This document shows, piece after piece, positions 29,707 through 39,155 of a DNA stretch of 64,000 nucleotides (the first letter of the stretch is position 1; every line of letters starts with the position of its first letter). The stretch lies in assembly GCA_963839745.1 (NCBI GenBank), contig CAWIWC010000010.1, positions 508,410-572,409 on the forward strand, in the 5' to 3' direction. The stretch is from an uncultured Actinomycetes bacterium. Its GTDB lineage: Bacteria > Actinomycetota > Thermoleophilia > Gaiellales > Gaiellaceae. The position numbers and the translations under genes are program-made. The notes under the pieces were generated by a model. The model saw only the letters and a program-made list of their open reading frames with translations. It ran no database searches and had not been told where the DNA came from.

Positions 29707-32700
29707 TCAGCCGGCCGCCGGTACGAAGGCCGCCAGCCGGTAGGCCGGCTGCGGGCCGTCGAAGCCCTTCAGCTCGAACTCCTCACGCTCGACGGCGAGC
29801 CCGCGCTCGCTCAGCCACCGGCGACGCGGCGGAACGCTTCGACGCTGAGGAGGATCTCGCCGCCGGCTGCGGCGGTCTGCAGACGGGCGGCGAGATTCGT
29901 CGCCTCGCCGAGGACGCTGACGTTGGCGTCGCCGACGGAGCGCGTCACGACGGCGGGCCCGACGGCGATGCCGATGCCGACCGGGAGATCCATGAGCGCC
30001 GCCTTGTCACGGAGCGCGAGAGCGGCCTCGAGCGCGAGGACAGCATGATCGACGCGCGCCCCCGCGGCATTGAAGGTCGCCATGACGGCGTCGCCGGCGA
30101 ACTTGTCCACGATGCCGTAGCGGCGCCCGACCTCGCGGCGGCCCAGCGGTGGAGCGTCGTGATGCGATCGGCGAGGTCCTGCGGCGAGCTCGCGGACGCG
30201 AGCGGCGTGTACCCGCGCACGTCAGCGAACATGGAAGTGACGAGCCGCTCGCCGCGGAGAGGACGTCGGGCTCGCGATGAGCGCCGACGGCTCGTCGGCG
30301 AAGAAGGGACGTAGAGGGCGAAGCGGGCCGCGAGCGCCTGGGCGTATGTCGCGGACGCGGATCGCGCCGGCAGCGTGAGCGTCGCGGATGCACGACGTGA
30401 AAAGCTCGCGCGCGGCGACAGGATCGCCGACCACGGCGGCTGCCTCGGCGGCCAGGACGTGCGCGCCAGAGCCAGAGCCGCAGGCCCGCCATCTCGAACG
30501 CGCGCATCGCACGCTCGAGGTGAGGCCGGGCCTCGGCCGGCTTGCCCGCCGCGAGGAGGAGGCGGCCTTCGGAGAGCGCGATCCCGGCGCCGCCGAGCTG
30601 GACGGGGGCGTCCTTTGTCCGCTGGAGCAGCGCCCACGCTTCGTCCAGGGCGCCGATGGCCACGAAGGCCTCGATCGCGATGCCCGCAGTCTCGCGGAAG
30701 GTCATCAGCTCCTCGGGGCCGGCGGCCCGCCGGCCGAGCTCCGCCGCCTCCTCGAGCTGTCCGAGCTGCAGCGCGATCCCCACGCGCGCTCCGGTGTCGT
30801 ACACGATGTCCTGGAGCTCCTCCCCGGGCGACGGCGGAGGCAACTCGGCGGCCGCCTCGTCGGCTCTGCCGAGCTCCAGCAACGCCTCGGCTGCCACCAG
30901 CCGCGAGCGCCACGTGAACTTGCTGGCGCCGAGGCTCTCGTGGCGCACGGTCGACCGGCGTGCGGTCTCGAGCGCCTCGGGCAGCCTGCCAACCGCGAGA
31001 AGGGCAAGGCTCTTCGCGGTCGTTCCGCCGCTCGTCATCCACGGCGTCGAGGGGATGTGCTCCAGCTTCTCCAGCGGGCCGGCGAGGCCACCGGTGAGCG
31101 TGTGGACGCGATCCCAGATCTCGTTGTAGAGCGTGTTGCCGGCGATGAGCCCGTAACCCTTCGCCAGGGCCTCCTCGTAGCAGCGGTCGAGGATCTCGAA
31201 CTCGCGCGAGGTGCCGAAGTGCCCGAGGGCGACATGGGTGAGGGACCAGACTCGCTCGTAGTCCGCCGAGGCCAGCTCCGCGATCTCGAACGCCCGCTCG
31301 GCGGCGGCGAGGCAGGCGCCGTAGTCGAGCTCGAACGCGTGGATCCCTGCGATGCGCAGGTAGGCGAGCGCCAGCTCCGGCGAGGGGCCCTCCTTCTCGA
31401 GCACGTCCCGGGCGCCTTGGAAGTCGCGATATGCGGCGTCCGGCTGGTCGAGCTCCCACCGGCAGCGACCGAGGTGGAGCCGGGCTCTCGCTGCTTCGAT
31501 GTCCTCTCCTAGCTCGTCGAGCTGCCCGACGCCGTCCGCAAGGAGCTGCTCGCCGGCCGTCGGCTCGCCGTTCAACCAGCGGAGATGGCCCATCCGCGCG
31601 AGGAGCGACGCGTGCTCGTGCGCGCCCGTGACGTGCGGGAGCACGCGCTCGAGGAGCTCGGCCGCCTCGCTGAACGCGATCGCCCGCTCCGCTTCGTCCG
31701 CTGCTCGCAGGCATGCGTCCACGGCCTCCTCCATGCGGCCGGCGCCCAGCAGATGCCGCGCGACAGCGAGCGCGCTCCCGTTGGTGCGCAAGAGCGCGTC
31801 GGCGGCCCGGGAGTGGATCCGCTGCCGCTTCGGAACGACCGTGTCGCCCGCGATCGCCTCTTGCGTGAGCGCGTGGCGCCAGATGTAGCGCTGGCCGGCC
31901 TCGGCCTCCTCCTCGAGGAGCTGCTGCGCGACCGCCGACTCGAGCGCGGCGAGCACGGAAGCCTCGTCGGCCTCGGCCACCTCGAGGAGCAGCCCGTAGT
32001 CGAACGATCGGCCGAGCACGGCGGCGGCCCGCAGAACCTCGATCCACTCGGCGTCGAGCCGCCCCAGGCGCAGGAGCACGGCCTCGCGCACGGTCTCCGG
32101 CATCCGCAGCGTCTCGACCGAGCCTCGGCGCCAGCCGTCCTCCGTCCGCACGATCTCGCCGCGGTCGATGGCCTCGCGCAGCATCTCCTCGAGCACGAAC
32201 GGGTTTCCCTCCGCCCGTTCCCCAACGAGGCTCGCGAGCTCGGCGCTGACCTCGTCCGCGTTCAGGATCGCCCCGATCATCTCGGTGACGTTCGCCGGGG
32301 TCATGGAGGGCACCGCGACCGTCTCCGCGAGCCCGCCGCGACGCCAGATCTGAACCGTGCGGGTCAGCGGGTGGCGGCGGTCGAGCTCGTCGCTCCGGTA
32401 GGTGGCCAGGAGCATCACGCGGCTCCTCACGAGCCGCCGGGCCGTGTAGTCGAGGAGCTCGCGGGTCGAGCCGTCGGCCCAGTGGACGTCGTCGAGCACG
32501 AGGAGCAGGCCGCGATCCTGTGCCCAGAGCTCCAGCAGTGTCACGACCGATTCGAAGAGGCGCAGCTTTGCCTGGGCGGGGTCGCCTTCGGGCGCGCTCG
32601 GCGGGCCCTCCGCCAGCTGCGGGAAGAGCTGGGCCAGCTCGTCGGCCGTCGGCCCCAGGGCCGTGCGCAGGGCGGCCGGATCCTGCTCGTCCAGGTGTTT

Positions 32701-32955
32701 TCCGACGGCCTCGACGAACGGCAGGTAGGGAAGGGCGAGCTCCGCCTCCGAGCAGCTGCCCCAGAGGACGTCGCAGCCGAGCTTGCGGGCCCGGCGCGTG
32801 AGCTCGGTCGCGAGCCGCGTCTTGCCGATTCCCGCCTCTCCGGCGAGCAGGGCGAAACGGCCGTCCCCGCGGTTCGCGGACAGGAGCGCGTCCTCGAGCT
32901 GCGACAGCTCCTCCTGCCGCCCGACGAGAACAGGGGAGAGAACCCGCTGGAGCAT
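29707..32955 (-). pseudogene. AAA/STAND ATPase + TPR-like repeats + C-terminal class III adenylate/guanylate cyclase domain; the N-terminal ~850 codons are intact, with at least 4 frame changes in the last ~800 nt
   Basis: ORF 30007..32955 carries Walker A (AGEAGIGKTRLATEL) and Walker B (LLLVLDDVHWAD) plus long helical repeats. The C-terminus is reconstructed from several frames:
- ERLVTSMFADVRGYTPLAS;
- DKFAGDAVMATFNAAG (ORF 29811..30110);
- VLGEATNLAARLQ;
- then WLSERGLAVEREEFELKGFDGPQPAYRL, with the stop at 29707-29709. Confidence 0.75.
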
Positions 32956-32985
32956 CCCGGGATTCTCCCAGGACCCCGAACCTGG

Positions 32986-33567
32986 CTAGCCGCCGCGCTT
33001 CGCCCGGTACGTATGGACGGCCACGCCGGACGCGAAGGACTGCGTGTCGACGGGCTCCAGGTCGATCTTGTCGGCGATGTCGTCGGGGAAGAGGCGCTTG
33101 CCGCTTCCGAGGATGACCGGGAAGACCATCATCCGGTACTCGTCGACGAGGTCGTGCTCGACCAGCGCCTGCACGAGCGTCGCGCTGCCCGCGACGAGGA
33201 TGGGGCCGCCGTCTCCCTCCTTCAGCTGCGCGACCGCCGCCGGGACGTCCCCCTCGAGCAGGGTCGAGTTGTTCCACGCGAGCTCACCCGCCAGCGTCGT
33301 CGACGCGACGTACTTGGGCATGCTGTTCATCTTGTCGGCGAAGCCGGCCTCGTCCGACCGCGGCGGCCAGGCCTCGGCGAAGCCCTCGTAGGTGACGCGG
33401 CCGAGGAGCAGCGCCTCCGCCTCGAGCACCTCGTCGAGCTTGTACTGGAGCTGCTCCTGGCCGGTGAACGGGACCACCCAGCCGCTGTGCTTGTAGCCAG
33501 GCTCGCCGCCGGGCGCCTCCACGACGCCGTCGAGCGAGATGAACTCCGAGACGATCAGCTTCCTCAC
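32986..33567 (-). CDS. Dihydrofolate reductase family protein (RibD C-terminal domain-like)
   Basis: The 193-aa intact ORF reads MRKLIVSEFISLDGVVEAPGG...LLLGRVTYEGFAEAWP...ILVAGSATLVQAL...DEYRMMVFPVILGSGKRLF. Confidence 0.85.
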   Translation of the reverse strand: MRKLIVSEFISLDGVVEAPGGEPGYKHSGWVVPFTGQEQLQYKLDEVLEAEALLLGRVTYEGFAEAWPPRSDEAGFADKMNSMPKYVASTTLAGELAWNNSTLLEGDVPAAVAQLKEGDGGPILVAGSATLVQALVEHDLVDEYRMMVFPVILGSGKRLFPDDIADKIDLEPVDTQSFASGVAVHTYRAKRGG

Positions 33568-33641
33568 AGCAGGCCTCCTTTGGGGTTCTCCCAGGTAGAC
33601 CCGCCCGGGCGACGAGACTCATCGGGATAGGCTCCAAAGAT

Positions 33642-34434
33642 ATGACACAGGCTGCAAAGGCGGAACGCTTCCGGGCCCTGCACGCGGGCGAGCCGTTCGT
33701 GATCCCGAACCCGTGGGACGCGGGCTCGGCCCGCGTCATGGCAGCGCTCGGCTTCCAGGCGCTCGCGAGCACGAGCTCGGGCTTCGCGTTCACGCTCGGG
33801 CGCCTCGACGGGGGCGCCACGCTGGACGAGGTGGTCGCGCACACGGCCGCGCTCGACCGCGCGACCGACCTGCCGGTGTCCGTCGACCTCGAGAACGGCT
33901 ATGGCGCCGACCCGGAGGACGCTGCGCGTGCCATCACGCGCGTCGCCGAGGCAGGTGCCGTGGGCGGCTCGATCGAGGACTACGACCCGGACGGCCGCAT
34001 CTACGAGCTCGGCCATGCGGTCGAGCGCGTCGAAGCCGCGGTCGAGGCGGCGCGGGCTCTCGACTTCCCGTTCACGCTCACGGCGCGCGCGGAGAACCAC
34101 ATCCGCGACAACCCGGACCTCGAGGACACGATCGCGCGCCTGCAGGCCTTCGAGCAGGCCGGCGCCGACGTGCTCTACGCGCCGGGCCTGCGGACCGCCG
34201 ACGACATCCGCGCCGTGTGCGGGGCCGTCGTCGAAGCCGGTCAACGTGCTCGCGCTGCCGAGCCTGAGCGTGCCCGAGATCGTCGAAGCGGGCGGACAGC
34301 GCATCAGCGTCGGAGGGAGCCTCACCTGGGTGGCGGTCAGCGCCATGGCCGCCGCGGCCACCGAGATCCGCGACACGGGCGACCTGTCGTCGCTCTCGGC
34401 GCGGGTGCCGCTCGGCGAGTGGCTCGGGCCCTGA
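33642..34434 (+). pseudogene. Isocitrate lyase / PEP mutase superfamily enzyme (2-methylisocitrate-lyase-like); one frame change near 34235
   Basis: Segments FVIPNPWDAGSARVMAALGFQALASTSSG and SVDLENGYG are followed by AGADVLYAPGL. The C-terminus continues in the 33901..34434 frame (PVNVLALPSLSVPEIVEAGGQRISVGGSL). Confidence 0.75.
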
Positions 34435-34496
34435 CCGCGACTCATACCGGATCCAGCTTGAAAGGAAACGCGGCCCGCCTGTAGGAAAATGTCCTC

Positions 34497-36434
34497 ATGC
34501 GGGCACGCGCGGCTCTCGCCACGGCCCTCCTCGCCTTGTGCGTCGCGGTGCCTGCGGCCGGCCAGCAGAGGTACGCGCCCGCGGTCGCCTTCGACGGCGC
34601 GACCTACCTCGTGGTCTGGGAGGAGCAGCCTCCGGCGGCGAGCAGGGACATCTACGCAGCGCGGGTCTCCGAGGCGGGCGTCGTGCTCGACCCGGTCGGC
34701 ATCCCGATCTCGAAGGCCGCCGGGAACCAGCGGGCGCCGGCGGTCGCGTTCGACGGCACGAGCTTCGTGGTCGTGTGGCAGGACGACCGCTCCCCGTCGA
34801 CCGGGCCCGACGTGTACGCCGCGCGCGTCAGCGCGGCCGGCCTCCTCCTCGACCCGGGCGGGATTCCCGTCACCGCGCGCGCCGGGTGTCCAGCTCGAGG
34901 CTGCGATCACGGGGACCGGGTCTGGCTCGCTCGTCGTCTGGACGGAGGGCGGCGCCGCCTCCGACATCCGCGGTGCACGCGTCAGCTCCGGCGGCGCGGT
35001 GCTCGATCCCGGGGGCCTGACGGTCTCCGCGGGCGCCGGAGCCCAGCTCGATCCGGCCGTGGCTTTCGGCGGCGCGGGCTCCGCCTCGTCGTGTGGGAGG
35101 ACCACCGGAGCGGCTCGGGAGCGGATCTCTACGCAGCGCGGGTCTCGAGCGCCGGCGCGGTGCTCGACCCTGCCGGCATCGCCCTCGCGGCGGGCGCCGG
35201 CGACGAGCGAAACGCGGCCGTGGCCGTCGACGGCGCGGCCTTCCTCGCCGCCTGGGACGAAGCCTCGGACGTGCAGGCGAGGAGCGTCACTGCGACGGGC
35301 GCGCTGCTCGGATCCGGCCCCTTCGCGGTCGCCGCGGCGCCCGGAAGCCAGACGCGCCCCGCGCTCGCCTTCGACGGGGCGAACTTCCTCGCGGCGTGGC
35401 AGGACGAGCTCGACCTCGACGGCGTGCGCGTGAACCCCGGTGGCGGCGTGCTCGTGCCGGTCTCGGCGATCTCGACCGCGCCGCTGACCCAGCAACGCAC
35501 GGCGGTCGCCTCCGGGGCGTCGGGCTCGTTCGTCGTCTGGGAGGACGGGCGCGCGGGCGCCGGCAGGTCGGACGTCTTCGGTGCGCGCGTTTCGCCGGCC
35601 GGCGCCGTCCTCGACGCGGCCGGGATCCCGATTCCACGGGCCCGCGACCTACAGGCGCCGCAGACGCGCATCACGCGCGGCCCTCGGGGCCGCCAGACCG
35701 CCCGGGCAGCGACCTTCCGCTTCCGCTCGAGCGAGGCGGGCTCGACGTTCCAGTGCCGGCTCGACCGCAGCCGCTGGCGGGCTTGCCGCTCGCCGAAGAC
35801 CTATCGCGGCCTCGACCTGCGGACGCACCGGTTCCAGGTACGGGGGCGCGACCGCGCGGGAAATGTCGACCGCTCCCCTGCGAGCAGGGAGTGGCGCGTC
35901 GACAACCCCATTCCGGGGCTCCTGCACGTCGTCGGCGGCCACAGCCGCCGCTCCGGGCCTGGGCCGCTGCGCCGCTACACCGTCCAGATCGAGGACGGGA
36001 TCCAGGTCGACCGCCGCAGGGTCGCGGACACGATCGCGAGCATCCTCGGCGACCGGCGCGGCTGGGGCGGCACAGGGCGTGTCTCGTTCCAGCGCGTCTC
36101 GACCGGGCCTGTGAGCTTCCGCGTCGTGCTCGCGACCCCGTCGACCGTGAACCGCCTGTGCGCGCCGCTGATCACCGGTGGCATCTACTCGTGCGGCATG
36201 TACGGGCGCGCCGTTCTCAACCTGCTGCGCTGGCGGTACGGCGCACCCGCCTTCCACGGCGACATGACGAAGTACCGGCGCTACCTCGTCAACCACGAGG
36301 TCGGCCACCTGCTCGGCCACTCGCACACGTCGTGCCATGCCTCGGGCGCGCGGGCGCCGGTAATGATGCAGCAGACGAAGGGTGTCGGATCCTGCCGCGC
36401 GAACGGATGGCCGCTCGCGTGGGAGCGCGGCTAA
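34497..36434 (+). CDS. Secreted protein: ~7 N-terminal ~50-aa repeats + C-terminal DUF3152-like zinc-metallopeptidase-type domain (HEVGHLLGH); contains a compensating pair of frame changes (~34880 and ~35090)
   Basis: A signal peptide is present (ALATALLALCVAVPAAG). The repeat unit is AVAFDG.(Y/F)LVVW.......D(I/V)Y(A/G)ARVS.AG.VLDP.GI. Between ~34880 and ~35090 the repeat consensus is readable only in the 34489 frame (GSGSLVVWTEGGAASDIRGARVSSGGAVLDPGGL). The C-terminal YLVNHEVGHLLGHSH is present. Confidence 0.7.
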   Translation: MRARAALATALLALCVAVPAAGQQRYAPAVAFDGATYLVVWEEQPPAASRDIYAARVSEAGVVLDPVGIPISKAAGNQRAPAVAFDGTSFVVVWQDDRSPSTGPDVYAARVSAAGLLLDPGGIPVTARAGCPARGCDHGDRVWLARRLDGGRRRLRHPRCTRQLRRRGARSRGPDGLRGRRSPARSGRGFRRRGLRLVVWEDHRSGSGADLYAARVSSAGAVLDPAGIALAAGAGDERNAAVAVDGAAFLAAWDEASDVQARSVTATGALLGSGPFAVAAAPGSQTRPALAFDGANFLAAWQDELDLDGVRVNPGGGVLVPVSAISTAPLTQQRTAVASGASGSFVVWEDGRAGAGRSDVFGARVSPAGAVLDAAGIPIPRARDLQAPQTRITRGPRGRQTARAATFRFRSSEAGSTFQCRLDRSRWRACRSPKTYRGLDLRTHRFQVRGRDRAGNVDRSPASREWRVDNPIPGLLHVVGGHSRRSGPGPLRRYTVQIEDGIQVDRRRVADTIASILGDRRGWGGTGRVSFQRVSTGPVSFRVVLATPSTVNRLCAPLITGGIYSCGMYGRAVLNLLRWRYGAPAFHGDMTKYRRYLVNHEVGHLLGHSHTSCHASGARAPVMMQQTKGVGSCRANGWPLAWERG

Positions 36435-36437
36435 CGC

Positions 36438-37592
36438 CTAGCTCGACTTGCCCTTGGCGGGCTTGTCCTTGCCGAAGCCGATCGCCTTCGCGGGCTCTGG
36501 AGGCACGGGCGGCGGCGGAGCCAGCTCGCTCGGCTTGCTCTGCGCGGGAGCCTTGCTCTTCCCGCTCGCAGGCGTGACCTGACCATTGGCAGCCGGTGGG
36601 AGGGTTGGCGGCGGCTTCGTCTTCCCGAGCGCCTTGCCGTTGTTGCTGCTCGGGCCGTTGGCGTTCGCGTTCCCCTCGCCGTTAGCGGCACCGTTCGGCC
36701 CGGCGGCCTTCGGGTTGGCCTTCTCGGGCAACGCCTGGCCCTGGGCGCGACCGTGGCCGGGGCGGCTAAACGCAGGCCCATCGGCGGCCCCCGGTGGCGC
36801 CGTGACGGACCAGCCCGGAGCGACGAGGACCGGCACGCTCGCAGCGGGCACGGCCTGCCCGGCCGGCGCGCCGGCGGGCTCCTGCCCGAGCCACGGCATG
36901 CCCGGCGGATCGGTAGCGACCACCGTCACGGTCGTCAGAGCTGCGACGGTGACGGCCGTCGCGGCCTTGACGCCAGCGCCTCCCGCGAGGAGGCCCTTGA
37001 GCGGGCCTAGGAGCACGCCGAGGTCGAGGACGTGCAGCGCCTTGAAACGGCTGCGCCTGCCCGGGTTCTCGAGCGCGTCGGCCAACGAGCGCCGGGAACG
37101 GAAAATGAGCGTCTCGGCGGCCGAGTGGCTGATCTCCAGGCGCTCCGCGATCTCCCCGTGGGAGAGGCCCTGCCACTCCCGGAGCAGAATCGCCTCGCGC
37201 TGTCGTTCCGGGAGGCTGAGGAGCGCCTCGGTGAGGCCGACGAGCGCGTCGTACGAGCGGTCGGGCGCTGCCACCGTCTCCTCGAGCACGGCGACGTCGC
37301 CGACCCGCTCCACGCCGTCGCGACGCCGTGCGGAGCGAAGCCGCGTGAAGCAGACATTCCGCGCGATATGGAGGAGCCACGCCGACCCCGCGCGCGGGCG
37401 CGTGCCTCTTCCGAGGCTCCGGCAGGCGTTCAGGTAGGTCGCCTGCACGGCGTCCTCGGCCTCCTCGGGCGAGCGGAGAAGCCGCAGGCAGTAGCCGTAC
37501 AGCCAGCCTGAATGTTCATGGAAGAGCTGCTCCGCCGCCCTCGACACGGTGGGGGACAAGGCGGCGCCGCTCGCTTCCTGCGCGACGGTCAT
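36438..37592 (-). CDS. ECF-type sigma-70 factor with a long C-terminal extension (one TM-like segment + Pro/Ala/Gly/Lys-rich tail)
   Basis: I chose the ATG at 37592. Region 2 is EEAEDAVQATYLNA and region 4 is LPERQREAILLREWQGLSHGEIAERLEISHSAAETLIFRSRRSL. A hydrophobic segment (AATAVTVAALTTVTVVA) and ~170 low-complexity residues follow. Confidence 0.8.
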   Translation of the reverse strand: MTVAQEASGAALSPTVSRAAEQLFHEHSGWLYGYCLRLLRSPEEAEDAVQATYLNACRSLGRGTRPRAGSAWLLHIARNVCFTRLRSARRRDGVERVGDVAVLEETVAAPDRSYDALVGLTEALLSLPERQREAILLREWQGLSHGEIAERLEISHSAAETLIFRSRRSLADALENPGRRSRFKALHVLDLGVLLGPLKGLLAGGAGVKAATAVTVAALTTVTVVATDPPGMPWLGQEPAGAPAGQAVPAASVPVLVAPGWSVTAPPGAADGPAFSRPGHGRAQGQALPEKANPKAAGPNGAANGEGNANANGPSSNNGKALGKTKPPPTLPPAANGQVTPASGKSKAPAQSKPSELAPPPPVPPEPAKAIGFGKDKPAKGKSS

Positions 37593-37715
37593 TACCCGGC
37601 ATTGTGACGGACCAGGCGGAACCTTCAAGACCAGAATGGTTATCCCCGCATGTTCCGGCGTATTACGGCGTCTGTGCTCTTAACCGACGGATTCGGGAGG
37701 GAGGGGAGAAAACAG

Positions 37716-38255
37716 ATGCTCGGAGCCAAGGGTCTTGCCGCGGCGCTCACGGCGATCCTGCTCGTGCCCGCTGCGAGCGCCAACCCTGGGAAGGGGAACG
37801 GCAACGGCAACGACCAGGGGCCTCCTGCATCTGCGGGCGTCGGCGAGACGACGATCAGAGCGGAGACTCCCCAGGCCGATCGGGGCCAGGCAAGGAAGGC
37901 GGAGAACGCGAGCCGGCAGGCGGAGCGGCGGGCGGCGCGGGACGCCGCTCGAGGGGACGATCCGGCTGGCCCGATGCGTTCGAATCCCGCGCAGGTCTGC
38001 AAGGCCCAGCGCGAGGAGATGGGCGACGAGGCCTTCGCCGAGGAGCACGGCGTCAACGACAACAAGGCAAACGCGTTCGGGAAGTGCGTTTCCGAGGAAG
38101 CCCGCGAGCGGGACGGTGCCGGCTCCAGCGATGAAGTGACGTCGCCCGAGACCGACGATCCCACCGTCATTGGCTCCGCTCGCGAGCCGTCCACGTTCGC
38201 CGAGGCGCTCGCGTTCTTCCGCCGGGTCGTGCAGTCGATGAGGGAGTTGCTCTAG
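37716..38255 (+). CDS. Secreted hypothetical protein (charged, Ala/Arg/Glu-rich)
   Basis: The ATG at 37716 follows GGGAGGGGAGAAAACAG. A signal peptide is present (MLGAKGLAAALTAILLVPAASA). The gene is divergent from the ECF sigma gene. Confidence 0.5.
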   Translation: MLGAKGLAAALTAILLVPAASANPGKGNGNGNDQGPPASAGVGETTIRAETPQADRGQARKAENASRQAERRAARDAARGDDPAGPMRSNPAQVCKAQREEMGDEAFAEEHGVNDNKANAFGKCVSEEARERDGAGSSDEVTSPETDDPTVIGSAREPSTFAEALAFFRRVVQSMRELL

Positions 38256-38424
38256 CCCGGGACAACCTGCGGCGGGTACTGCGGCGCAGGGCGGAGCCTC
38301 CGCCTATGCGCGCGTTCCACGCAAAAGAGTCGCCCTCGGCTACGGCCGCCGAGGGCGACCATTCTTCGGTGCGCGCGGGCCGCTGCATGCCGCATCGTTC
38401 CAGGGCTCGCCCCCCGTCCTGCCT

Positions 38425-39091
38425 CTCGAGGTCGCTCCGACCGAGATCTCGGAGGAGCTCGTCGAGGGCGACTCGACCGCGACGTCGTTCACGATCACGA
38501 ACACGCTCAAGACGGGACGCTCGTTCGACTGGACGATCCGCGAGGCGCCGAGCAGCTGCATCGCGCCGTCGGACGTGACCTGGCTGAGCGCCACGTCGGC
38601 GGTGACCACGGCGGCCAACACGTCGGCGAACGTCGACGTGAACCTCGACGCCGACGGCCTGACGGCGCCGACCGTCTACACGGCGAAGCTCTGCATCGAG
38701 TTCGAGGGCGGGCCGGTGTACGAGGTTCCGGTGTCGCTGCAGGCGCAGTACCCGTTCGACGGCTTCCTGGCCACGTTCGAGAACCCGCCGGTGCTCAACG
38801 CGGCGCACTCGAACCGTGCAGACGTTCTGGTTCCGCCTCGGCGGCAACCGCGGGCTCGACATCGTCGAGGATGCCTCCTCGCGCCGCATCGACTGCGCGA
38901 CGAAGGCACCCATCGGCGGCACCGAGCCGGCCCCGAACCCGAGCTGGGACAGCCTCTTCTACCAGGCATACACGGGCCGCTACTCGTACCCGTGGAAGAC
39001 GACGACCGCGTACAGGGGCACCTGTCGCGAGTTCATCCTCACGCTCGACGACCAGAGCGTGCACACCGCCTGGCTCCAGTTCGTGAGGTAG
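38425..39091 (+). pseudogene. Fragment of a secreted/cell-surface protein with a C-terminal PxKF-like domain; no recognisable start, one frame change near 38815
   Basis: The frame of ORF 38575.. reads EVAPTEISEELVEGDSTATSFTITN...LCIEFEGGPVYEVPVSLQAQYPFDGFLATFENPPVLNAA. It continues in the frame of ORF 38816..39091 (QTFWFRLGGNRGLDIVEDASSRRIDC...). No start codon or signal peptide lies in frame upstream. Confidence 0.4.
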
Positions 39092-39105
39092 CCCGTAGGC
39101 AGGCA

Positions 39106-39137
39106 GCGGGGAGCGCCCGGCAACGGGCGCTCCCCGC
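39106..39137. terminator. Strong hairpin between convergent genes (bidirectional terminator candidate)
   Basis: A 14-bp perfect stem, GCGGGGAGCGCCCG / CGGGCGCTCCCCGC, encloses the 4-nt loop GCAA. Confidence 0.6.
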
Positions 39138-39155
39138 ATGACTCCAGAGCTAGCT

